DNA from: Thalia democratica
Lineage: Eukaryota
NCBI GenBank assembly: GCA_965202585.1
Contig: OZ241828.1
Coordinates: forward strand, 87,358,001 to 87,422,000
Length of the DNA: 64,000 nucleotides
Direction of reading: 5' to 3'
Position numbers and translations under genes: made by a program. Shown piece after piece: positions 1 through 8,908 of the stretch (the stretch's first letter is position 1; each line of letters begins with the position of its first letter). The notes under the pieces are model-generated. The model was not told the DNA's origin and did no database searches. It saw only the letters and a list, made by a program, of their open reading frames with translations.

Positions 1-281
1 GCTGAAAGATCCACACTAATCACAGACAAAAACTAATATAACTTTCCTGCAAGTCCACAATCTTCCACGAAAAAAAAACTTGGGAAAAAAACACCTCGGA
101 CCTTTTTTACGCTACCATGGGATCCTACAATGGAGCCGAAGTGTGCGACATGGTAGGACTCTTCATGCTCGAAACTAAAAATAATAATCAATCAAATGAA
201 CATAAATTGAGAATACACAGAACTGCAGAAAACACAACGAAATCGCTACACAAGATTTTAATAAGCAGAGTTTGTTATTAG
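1..281 (+). pseudogene. Decayed Penelope-like (PLE) retroelement reverse transcriptase fragment
   Basis: Frame starting at base 42 reads LSCKSTIFHEKKTWEKNTSDLFYATMGSYNGAEVCDMVGLFML. This resembles the ..RKSLLF....W.KK....FDVTMGSYDGAEVCELVGL.. segment I recall for invertebrate Penelope-like RTs. Upstream there is an in-frame TAA (39-41) and a frameshift from frame 1 (AERSTLITDKN). The frame ends at TAG 279-281. The element probably continues left of the window. Confidence 0.75.
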
Positions 282-302
282 ATATATGTGGTGTACAACT
301 TT

Positions 303-359
303 ATAACGGAAAGTCATTTTTCTACACCAGGTCCTTGGACCTATTTTTTCAGCGTTTTT
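303..359. repeat. Short copy of a dispersed element also found at 6609-6668
   Basis: Exact 15-mer CTACACCAGGTCCTT at 322-336 and 6628-6642, with similar flanks (ATAACGGAAAGTCATTTTT vs ATAATCGAAAAGTTTTTT; CAGCGTTTTT vs GTGCGCTTTTT). Confidence 0.55.
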
Positions 360-1559
360 GACTATAAATTACTTGTTTCGTTTATTAAAGGTTTTGCATA
401 GTTTGTTTTATACTACATTAACATAAAAAATACTAAGTTTTCGACTACACTGATAGTGTATAAAGTTTTCCATTACATAAACAAAATATATAGAAAGAAT
501 TTATTCTCTTACAAACAATACATAGTTAGCATTTTTCCTATTTATTTGTTAACTAACATTGCACCCAATATCACCTCTTAGTGGTAGAAATAAAAAGAAA
601 TGTTATAGTGATAAGTAGTTGTTGAAAATGTTTATAAATGTACTAACTAAACTACGGAATATCTGGAACAAATTTACTGTGGTATACGTTAATATAAGTT
701 TCAGTTTGTTTTAATAAATCTATAATATATTAAGTTTAAGTTTTGTTTTTAATAATTTAACAACATTTCTTTAATAACAAGACAACTTTGGTTAGTTATT
801 GAAGTACTACTAAGTAAATTATTATTTTACAACCCAAGCAATTCTATTTAATAAAAAAAAAGAATTTATAACCATTGTAATTATTTACTGTACAATAAAT
901 GTTAGTCTAATACTTTCAGAATAATAGCATTTATAAGAATTTAACTTATAGCGTTTTTAATTTTTTTTTAACAGAGTTTTCTTTTATGTCAAACTCAACC
1001 TATTTCGATAATATAAAAAATATGAGTTTAGGTAAAATGTTCACAAAATCTATATTTATACGCCTATATAAACTGTTTAAATATTTTCCATAGCAACTTT
1101 TTTTAGAAAGTCCAAAATACTACAGTTTTGATCAAAACACATAATAAAGACAAAATAATAGTACATACACTTCTATTAACCATACCACTTCGTTAAGCAA
1201 ACTTAAGCAGACCCAGGCAAAACTTTGTTATTTTAAAAAAGTGGTAAAGAAATTCATTGTTTAAAAATACCATTTAATCTTCCATATAAGCCCTAAATAT
1301 TAAATTTGAAGTTAAAGTTAGTCTAAAAGTTTTCAAAGATGTGCGTGTGGACTAGATTTAAAAATAACTGCTGAGTTTTGCCCTGGTGTAGAAAAAATAT
1401 ATTTAGAATGTTGAAATTTAATCCTGGGGAATTTACTTTTTGTCTATTGTTACTTTATACTCTAAGACTGATATTGTACAATGCACCAAATGAAATGCTG
1501 TAACTATCATTAATATAGGCTAAATATTTAAAATAACATGGTTAATGATAAAAGTAATT

Positions 1560-2440
1560 TTGAGTAAGGTAACTGAGTTATAAAAAAATCTAAATTCTTG
1601 TATTTCATTTCTGTTATTTGTTATAATACTCAAATATTATTAAACTTTTATGATGAAAAATGATATTAGTTATCTTTATGGCTATAGAAATTGAATAACT
1701 TATAATGTGTTGTCATTTAAAACAAATGTTCATTAAAACAGTTTTAGATTAGACTGTTGGCATTGGGGGAATTTTAACTGAGTTTAAAAATAAAGGTTAA
1801 AAAGGTCCTAGGTTTTATTACTTGAAAAAAAATACCTGGAATTTTAAATAATTTTGCATGTAAGATAATAATCTTTAGATATTAAATGCTCAAAAAAAAT
1901 TAGTACAAGAATTTTTTATTTAAAGTCTCATAAAAGTAATATTAAACTACTTTACAATATTTTTTACTATCTTAGCCTTTATTAGTCTAACTTTATTTTT
2001 TTTACTAAAAATAACCAAGTAAACTTCTTTTTTTTTAATTTTTCAAAAAAATTAAAAACCATAGAAGAAATTTTTAAAAACTAGAGTAACCTTGAATGAA
2101 ATGTTTGTTTTATTAAAACAGATTTCAGCTAAAAAAATCTTAGTTATTGAATTTACTTCAGTTTATCTAATATTATCAAATAGATATTACTTAATAGCTG
2201 AATTAAAATACATTTTTGTAAGTATCACTAACTTAATTTTAGATATATTTAATACCTTGTAAATTGAATTATTGATGCATAAATAAATTTAAAATACTAA
2301 TATGTTGTACAATTAATTTCATTTTTTTATTATTTTTGTTAGTTTTTGGTTTAATTTTTTTTAGATAACTTTTAATTCCACGCATACTTAAATTATACAT
2401 ATTTAACCCAACTATACTTTTATGAATTCAAGAAAAAATT
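1560..2440. repeat. Old diverged AT-rich element, copy 1
   Basis: Collinear shared blocks with 2915-3830: GAGTAAGGT(A/T)ACTG, TTATTAAACTTTTATGATGAAAA, ACTTGAAAAAAAA..CTGGAAT.TTAAATAA.TTTGCATGTAAG, TTGGTTT(T)AATTT.TTTTAGATAACTT..AATTCCA. Boundaries are approximate. Confidence 0.6.
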
Positions 2441-2490
2441 GAAAAAGCAAGATCTTAAATTTTTTTTTTTCATGCATGAATTAGTGAACT

Positions 2491-2845
2491 CAGCGTTGCC
2501 ACTTGTGATTTGACAATCTTGGCAAATAAAAAACCAGAAAAAAACCTAGAATTTTAACAATTTTCACATGTTTAGTCCTAAAATTTTAACTTGACTTAAA
2601 AAATCTATCATAAAAGTAAAAAAAAATCTTCATCAAATATTTTTCTTATTAAAATACATATTTAAAGCAGCTTTATAATATCTTTTCATTGTTTTTATAC
2701 TATTTTACACACTTTACAGTTTACACAGTATTTTACACAGTTTCTTACCTTAAACTAAAAATAGACCCAGAAATATATAGTTTTAAAAACCTGGGAGTAA
2801 TTTTTAAAATCTGAAAAAAAATTAGAAAAATGAGTGGCAACCCTG
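2491..2845 (+). mobile_element. MITE of the CAGGGTTGCCAC family (hAT-like, 6-bp TSD), older copy
   Basis: Left end CAGCGTTGCCAC 2491-2502; right end GTGGCAACCCTG 2834-2845; flanks TGAACT / TAAGCT (4 of 6 match). Interior resembles the other copies (AAAAACCTGG/AG motifs, ACTAAAAATAGACCCA). Confidence 0.75.
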
Positions 2846-2914
2846 TAAGCTTTGATAGCTGTAAGTACCATAGATACTTGGTAGCTATTAATAATGGTTT
2901 CGGAAAAAAGGAAC

Positions 2915-3830
2915 ATCGAGTAAGGTTACTGTTTTGTAAGAAATACTAAGATGCTGATAGTGCATTTCTGTTATTAAACTTTTATGATGAAAATAACTTT
3001 AGTTGACTGTATGGCTAAACAAGTTAAATCACTCTAAGTAGTTTGTTGTAATTCAAACAGTTAGTTTTAGAATTGGCAATTGGCCTGTTGGGAATTTAGC
3101 CTGGAGTTGAAAATGAATTAAATAAAAACTAGAACTTGATACTTGAAAAAAAAATCTGGAATATTAAATAACTTTGCATGTAAGGTAGGGAGCTTTAGAT
3201 AATATAAACCCTAAAAAATCATTTGAAATTTTGTTAATTTAAAAGCCCATATTAAGTAACAATGCAGTATTTTAAATATACTTATATTATTTTAAGCCTT
3301 TTTTCAACCTGACTTTAATTTCATGATAAAAATAAACAAGTAAACATGTTTTTAAAAACTTTGAAAAAGTCTTAAAACTGGGAGAAATTAAACTTTTACA
3401 AATATAAGAAATGTTGAATATTCTTATGATTTTACTTATATTTTCATGCATAAATAAGTAAACTCAGGAATGCCACTTTACCTGGAAACCTGTAATTTGA
3501 CAATTAAGGGGGGAAAACAGAAAAACCTGGAATTTTAAACAAAATTCACTAGAAAAATGCTAGATATTTTAACAATTACAATGATGTTTGTAAGTAATTT
3601 TTACTCAACTTTAGATATACTTTATACCTTTTTAAAGTGACTTATTCATGCATAAAAATATAAACTACACTAAGATGTAGCACATTCAACTTTGGTTTTT
3701 GAGTTATTTTGACACTTGGTTTTAATTTCTTTTAGATAACTTCAAATTCCATTTGTATATACACTGTGCATTAATTAAATTTGTTTATTAGTTAAAAGAC
3801 AAATTTTATACAATAATATTTTTTAAATTT
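2915..3830. repeat. Old diverged AT-rich element, copy 2
   Basis: Paralogous to 1560-2440. Its 2970-3100 part also resembles the array unit tail (CTTTTATGAT..., TTGACTGT.T.GCTAAA.AA.TT.AATCA..TAAG.A.TTTGTTGT, AGCCTGG). Boundaries are approximate. Confidence 0.6.
3465..3580 (+). mobile_element. Truncated 5' fragment of the same MITE family
   Basis: CAGGAATGCCACTTTACCTGGAAACCTGTAATTTGACAATTAAGG matches the family 5' end seen at 4102 and 6154. No right TIR found. Confidence 0.6.
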
Positions 3831-3880
3831 AAGAAATTTTAATATTTAACATCTTCTAATTTTTGTATTTTAATGTAGAA

Positions 3881-4766
3881 CAGGGTTGCCACACACTCAG
3901 GGAATCCAGGAAAACTCAGAGATTTTCAAATTAAAGAAAATATTAGGGAAACTTAGGGAAAATCAGGGAATTTTAATGATTTTTTTATAAACTCAGGAAA
4001 TTTCTTGCAGTTTTGATTTTTCTGAAAATTTCAGTGAAGTTTTAAGAATTAAAAAAAAAATCAGGATTCTCCTAGAACTAGATTTAGTTAAACCACTTTC
4101 ACAGGGTTGCCACTTTACCTGGACACCTGGAAAAACCTTGAAAAACCTGGAATTTGACAATTTAGGCAAAAATAATCTGGAAAAACCTGGAATTTGAGAA
4201 ATTTTGAAAAAAAACCTGAAACTTTGATCAAAAAACCTGGAATTTTTGATAATTTTAACATTATAAGTAGTAAAATTTCAATTTGACATAAAAATTCTAT
4301 CATATAAATAAGATTTTTTTTGTCATTATCAAAAATTTTTTTGTTAAAAAACACATTTAAAGTAATTTTACAGCTTCTTTTAAATGTTTTTGTACTATTT
4401 AAAACAGTTTCTTTTATGTAAATTATTAAAAACTAAAATTAGACTTAAATATGTTTAATTTAAAAAACCTGGAATAAATTTGGAAAGTCTGGAAAAATTT
4501 TTGAAAAAATGAGTGGCAACCCTGCTTTCAATATTTTGTTCAAGAAATTACTTTTATTTATTCTAAAGTGCTTATTTAAATATTTTTTTGGCCTTGCGGC
4601 TAGTTCTGTAGTTTTTCTAGAACTAACATAGTAGATTTTAATGAATTTTAAATACATATTTAATAGATTTTTAGAATTTTAAAAAAACTCAGGGAAGTTT
4701 AAAGTTACTAAGGGAAGTTTCTAGTTACTTAGGGTAGATTTTTTGACCCAAAAAGTGGCAACCCTG
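3881..4766 (+). mobile_element. MITE with the same TIR but a different interior (CTCAGGGAA-type), interrupted by the nested 4102-4524 element
   Basis: Perfect 12-bp TIRs CAGGGTTGCCAC 3881-3892 and GTGGCAACCCTG 4755-4766. Repeated (T/C)AGGGAA subterminal motifs at both ends. No clean TSD. Confidence 0.8.
4102..4524 (+). mobile_element. 423-bp MITE (hAT-like, 6-bp TSD) nested in 3881-4766
   Basis: Perfect TIRs CAGGGTTGCCAC 4102-4113 and GTGGCAACCCTG 4513-4524. Perfect target duplication CTTTCA at 4096-4101 and 4525-4530. Many AAAAACCTGGAA subterminal repeats; no transposase. Confidence 0.9.
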
Positions 4767-4824
4767 ATGAATTATTAAACATTAAAATCTATAAGTACAA
4801 TAGATAATTGGTAACTATTTAAAA

Positions 4825-5256
4825 CAGGGTTGCAAAAATCATAAAAATCGTGTTAAACCTAGAATTTGACAAATTAGGCTAAAAAACTTGGAATTAGAGA
4901 AATTTTGATAAAATACCTGGTAAAACCTAGAAGTTTGAACAAAAGTCACTAAAAAAACCTGAAAAAAACTTATAATTTTTAACAACTTCAAAATGTTTAA
5001 AAGTAAAAATTCGATTTCAGACATAAATTTTATCCTATAGATATTTTTTTTTTGTCTTCATCAACATTTTTATTTATAAAGAAGCACATTTTAAGCATTC
5101 TAGTATCTTTTAAATGTTTGTATACTGTTGAACACAGCTTCTTACCTTAATCTTAACTTTAAACTGAAAATTGACCCAAAAATGTGTTCTTTTAAAAACC
5201 AGTAGAAAGTTATGAAAAGCTTGGAGAAATTTGCCAATAACATTTGACAACCCTAG
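4825..5256 (+). mobile_element. Diverged MITE copy of the same family
   Basis: CAGGGTTGCA at 4825; degenerate right end TTGACAACCCTAG at about 5244-5256; flanks TTAAAA / TTAAAT. Interior is collinear with 4102-4524. Confidence 0.7.
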
Positions 5257-5398
5257 TTAAATAACATGGTCTAGAAAAAAAAGCAGATTCTGTACTTTTT
5301 AACTGAATATTTAGACTGTCAAGTTGTCAAAGTTAACAAAAGACCATTTACAAACTAACATAAATTATTGAGCAGATTTTAAAAAAATGTTTTATCTA

Positions 5399-5594
5399 GT
5401 TTTCTCGTGCCTCTTTCTTTATGGTCTGTTGCAAACTGGATTGCGGGTGATATAAGTTTTGAAAACATGGTAATTTGTGTTTTTATTATTTTATTTTTCG
5501 TCATATCTAACAAAGCGGCACAAGATGAGCATAAGGCGAGGAAAATCGAAGAGGCAAGGAAAATCGAAGAGGCAAGGAAAAGAAAAGAGAGAAG
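5399..5594 (+). CDS. Candidate coding exon of an unidentified small protein (hydrophobic stretch followed by a charged ARKIEE repeat)
   Basis: Preceded by acceptor-like TTTATCTAG (AG 5397-5398) and followed by donor AAG|GTATTT (intron starts 5595, phase 2). Open frame FLVPLSLWSVANWIAGDISFENMVICVFIILFFVISNKAAQDEHKARKIEEARKIEEARKRKERR. It could instead start at ATG 5467. More GC-rich than its flanks. No homolog recognised. Confidence 0.45.
5534..5581 (+). repeat. 18-bp tandem repeat (about 2.7 copies) encoding ARKIEE
   Basis: AGGCGAGGAAAATCGAAG-AGGCAAGGAAAATCGAAG-AGGCAAGGAAAA. The period is a multiple of 3. Confidence 0.9.
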
Positions 5595-6153
5595 GTATTT
5601 TATATTTTATACTAGGTATTTATACTCTACTTTTTGCTTGTGTTTTGTTTACACAACATTTATTCAACAAGATAAAAGCTAGTATATTTCTAGTTTTAAA
5701 GTTTGTTTTAAATTTAGTTTGTTTAAATCTTTGTTTGATATTTGTTTTAATATATATTTTCAAATTTATGTTACATTAACGAAATGTGAACAGGGACTGA
5801 ATAAGTATTTTATTATAAAATAAAAGTTTAAGATCAATATTCAGTTACACTGTAATAACAGTTTTTAAGGGTTTAAATTAAAAACAAAAGGCCAAAATGT
5901 GAAATGCATAAATATGAATTGTAGATAACAAACATAAATAATAGTATCAACAAAACAATACATAGTTGTGATAATAAATGAAAATTTAACTACAATTTTG
6001 ATTTTAATGCTTTTATTACTACAGCATAAAATTTAAACTTACCTAAAGACTTTTTTTTTGTAAAATTAGTCAGATAAATAAGAAAGTAAGAGATTTAATT
6101 GTTTTAATACTGAAACTATTAAAATTTAGAAAATATAAAAATTATATGTAATA

Positions 6154-6568
6154 CAGGGTTGCCATTTTACCTGGAAAAACCTTGAAAAACCTGGAATTCG
6201 ACAATTTAGGCAAAAATAACCTGGAATAACCTAGAATTTAAGAAATTTTGAAAAAAAACTGGAAAAACCTGGAATTTTGATCAATAAACCTGGAATTTTT
6301 AATAATTTTAACATTTTAAGTACTAAAATTTCAATTTGACATAAAAATTCTATCATATAAATAAGATTTTTTTGTCATTATCAAAAATTTTTTTATTAAA
6401 AAACACATTTAAAGTAACTTTATAGCTTTTTTTAAATGATTATGTTTTATTTAACACAGTTTCTTTTATAGAAACTAACTTAAAACTAAAAATTGACTCA
6501 AAAATGTTTACTTTTAAAAACCTGGAAGAAATTTGGAAAAACTGGAAAAGAAACGAGTAACAACCCTG
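6154..6568 (+). mobile_element. MITE-A, 415-bp full-length copy; the array's left edge lies inside it
   Basis: Left TIR CAGGGTTGCCAT 6154-6165; right end GTAACAACCCTG 6557-6568; TSD GTAATA (6148-6153) / GTAACA (6569-6574). Collinear with 4102-4524. Confidence 0.85.
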
Positions 6569-6702
6569 GTAACAGCACGTGAGAAATTGTAAAAGCATGT
6601 ACGATTTGATAATCGAAAAGTTTTTTCCTACACCAGGTCCTTATATCATACTTTTAGTGCGCTTTTTTTATCGTTCAATGCACAATACCAAAAATTCATA
6701 CA

Positions 6703-6942
6703 CAGGGTCGCCACTTTACCTGGAATCTTGGAAAAACCCGGAATTTAGGAAATTAAAAAAAAACTGGAATTTTTACAGTTTTCACATGTTTTTTTACAAT
6801 TTTACAATTTTCAATTTAACACAGTTTTTTTACCTTAAACTTAATTTTGAACTAAAAGTAGACCCAAAATGTGTAGCTTTAAAAACCTGAAAGATGTTTG
6901 AAAAACCTGGAAAAATTTTTGAAAAGATGAGTTGCATTCTTG
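6703..6942 (+). mobile_element. MITE-B, internally deleted 240-bp copy; its 3' part is the start of every array unit
   Basis: Left TIR CAGGGTCGCCAC 6703-6714; degenerate right end GAGTTGCATTCTTG 6929-6942 (family consensus GAGTGGCAACCCTG). Subterminal AAAAACCTGGAAAAATTTTTGAAAA is shared with the other copies. Confidence 0.75.
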
Positions 6943-7236
6943 CAAGTAGTACAGGGGGCAAAGCAACATGAACTACACAAATCTTTTATATTGATCACAT
7001 ACCTAATTTTAATTTTTTAATCTGAAGTATATATATTTGCTTATGTTGGATATATATAATTTCACAATTATAAACTGCACTAAAACCTGACATATAAGTT
7101 TTTAATTTATACTAATATATACGTCTTCAATTAACTTTTAACACAATATTATTATGTAGAACGATTGTTTAAGCACAAGAAAGATATTTTACATAAATTA
7201 AACAAAATACTATAATATAAATAAATATTTTTTCAG

Positions 7237-7366
7237 GGAATATTGGGCTTCGAAATTTCCGTACTTTTCCAGGGAATATTGGAGATTGTGTGGGAAATCG
7301 GTTTTTCCTCTGCATCCGTCTTTTTATAAAGATGAAGAGGAATGGAGGGAAGCGCATGGAGGATAA
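7237..7366 (+). CDS. Candidate terminal coding exon (intact copy) of the unidentified gene whose upstream exon ends at 5594
   Basis: Acceptor ATATTTTTTCAG|G (AG 7235-7236). The first G completes AG|G (Arg) from the phase-2 donor at 5594. Then 42 codons EYWASKFPYFSREYWRLCGKSVFPLHPSFYKDEEEWREAHGG and TAA 7364-7366. GC-rich island in AT-rich DNA, with AATAAA 30 bp downstream. Confidence 0.5.
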
Positions 7367-7395
7367 ACGGAACTTGTTTAAAATTTTACCGATTT

Positions 7396-7401
7396 AATAA
7401 A
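7396..7401 (+). promoter_or_regulatory. Putative polyadenylation signal AATAAA after the candidate terminal exon
   Basis: AATAAA 30 bp after the stop, repeated at 7821-7826. The equivalent site in S and V units reads AATGAA. AATAAA is common by chance in AT-rich DNA. Confidence 0.35.
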
Positions 7402-7668
7402 ATTTTGCTTCGTGAAATGTTTTGTTTTTTATATCAGCACATGTTTACACGTAGATTCAGGGTAAAATGGTATTCAACGTGGTTTTCTCACTTTTTCACC
7501 CTTCATGCAGGGACGTAGCTTCCCGTTAGCTCCATGCTTTTATAAGCTTCATGTTTATAAGCTAACTCAGGTCCTTGCCTTTCCTGAGATCCCTCATTTT
7601 TAAAAATAAGAACAAAATTGAATTGAGTGTGTCCATATTCATCTAGACCAGCTGTTATTCATCTAGAG

Positions 7669-7780
7669 TAGAGTTCCCCAAATTGGGCAAAATTGCCCCC
7701 TGGGGGCGATTTTATAATATTTAGTTAATGAGCAAAAGGGGAGGAATTTTTAAAATTTAGGACGATTTAAAAAACTTGTA
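7669..7780 (+). mobile_element. 5' fragment of a hAT (Charlie/Buster-like) MITE, present only in L units (also 11359-11470)
   Basis: TAGAGTTCCCCAAATTGGGCAAAATTGCCCCCTGGGGGCGATTT resembles CAGGGGTTCCCAAAC-type hAT ends, includes an AAATTGCCCCC/GGGGGCGATTT palindrome, and directly follows ATCTAGAG (NTCTAGAN is the Charlie target consensus). No partner terminus found; right boundary uncertain. Confidence 0.45.
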
Positions 7781-8908
7781 AAATGGAGGGAAGCGCACTT
7801 GTTTAAAATTTTACCGATTTAATAAAGTTTTGCTTTGTGAAATGTTTCGTTTTTTATGTCAGTATATGTTTACACGTAGATTCAAGATAATATGGTATTT
7901 AGTGTTGTTTTCAGTATTAATTACAATTTAGAACATAAAAAAATTATGAAATACCATTTTCAATGCTGGTTGAGTTTATAATCTTAAATATGTGGTCTTC
8001 AAGTAGCTAAAATTGATTTTCACTTACTAGTAGGTTACTACAGTTACAAATGTTGTTCTTACTTGAACTAACTACATTTAAACAGTAATACGGTTTTGCT
8101 GTACAGCTTTGATGGAATTTGTCGAATTTTCCAAAAACAAACGACTTACGTTGTCAACACAAGCAAGTTAAAATATGCAAATTTTTGTAACATAAAATTG
8201 AATAATTTTGTGCAAAAACCCATGGCACAGAATTTTTGCAATAAAAAGTAAAATAACTGTAAAAAAACTTCACACTGTTAGTTCTACATGACTTTTATCA
8301 TTTGCTAATATACTTTTACACAAAATTTAGTGAAAGAATTGTGAAAAACAAGCAAAAACTAAGAAAACTGTTGAAAAATCACTTGTGGCCTAACAAAGTG
8401 GAAAATTGAACATAAAGTGATCATTATAACAAATTGTGTTCATTTAAATGCACTAAAAATACTCAGCTATTGCTTACATTGCCATTGCACTGCTTTCTAT
8501 AAACTGTTTGGGTTGCCTTTGAAAACTGATAAAATCATGCACTCATGCTTTTCTGCCCTTTTTGTCAAATGGCCCAAAAAACCACGGTCTTTTTTATTGA
8601 ATTTTGTTTGAAACTGTTCTATCAACAAGCTATAATCGGTATACGTGTTTTGAACTACACCAATCTTTTATGTTTGTATATAACTATAGATTGTTATGGT
8701 TCATACCTGTTATTTTTTATAATATTCAAAACTTATTATACTTTTATGATAAACATGTTTTGAATTGACTGTGTAGCTAAATAAATTTAATCATTTTAAG
8801 CAATTTGTTGTCATTTAAATTTTGTGTTCAGAGTTGGAATTGAACAGCCTGGCAGAGAAATTGAAGGGCACAGATTTAGGAGATTTTGTTCTGGTTGTTT
8901 GAACTTTT

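Larger units (their letters stand above)
7341..7899 (+). repeat. Internal direct repeat in L units (7341-7474 and 7782-7899)
   Basis: Both begin AATGGAGGGAAGCGCA and continue CTTGTTTAAAATTTTACCGATTTAATAAA...ATGTTTACACGTAGATTCA...ATGGTATT. The first copy has an extra 16 bp (TGGAGGATAAACGGAA). Spacing is 441 bp. Confidence 0.9.
6838..8908 (+). repeat. Unit 1, long type L (2071 bp)
   Basis: 452 bp longer than S (441-bp segment, plus 12 bp, minus 1 bp). Carries private alleles (GATGTTTG, TACCTAAT, ACTAATAT, ACGTCTTC). Confidence 0.9.

Noticed and set aside
2855-2889. Imperfect hairpin ATAGCT..TACCA...TGGTAGCTAT
   Set aside because: Short, interrupted stem with no supporting context.
4115-5024. 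Minus-strand ORFs at 4115-4354, 4460-4657 and 4839-5024
   Set aside because: Antisense translations of MITE interiors, rich in F/L/K/I, with no transposase motifs.
5470-5515. 46-bp intron ATG|GTAATT...AACAAAG inside the candidate exon
   Set aside because: Splicing it shifts the frame relative to the ARKIEE segment, and the compensating upstream frame has a stop. It is kept only as an alternative to test with RNA data.
5477-5779. 100-aa alternative-frame ORF overlapping the candidate exon
   Set aside because: Starts at GTG and is mostly low-complexity T-rich sequence. The other frame fits the splice phase.
6579-6890. 103-aa ORF MRNCKSMYDL... and its 80/86-aa relatives at 40219, 47053 and 61982
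   Set aside because: Runs across a spacer into MITE-B, starts at GTG, and changes frame with poly-A length differences between copies.
7169-7357. 62-aa minus-strand ORF (also 10859-11047)
   Set aside because: Antisense shadow of the candidate plus-strand exon, extending into AT-rich intron-like sequence.
8021-8150. Two perfect minus-strand GTAAGT donor motifs (ACTTAC on plus) per unit
   Set aside because: No convincing open exon with a matching acceptor could be built around them. AT-rich hexamers occur readily by chance.
8417-8763. 64-aa (MIIITNCVH...) and 72-aa (MLFCPFCQ...) ORFs repeated in almost every unit
   Set aside because: They overlap in different frames, the 64-aa one starts at GTG, and composition is typical of AT-rich noncoding DNA with no recognisable domain. 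The 64-aa ORF is broken by a stop in U22 and the 72-aa ORF is absent from the track in V units. Recurrence reflects only the DNA repeat.
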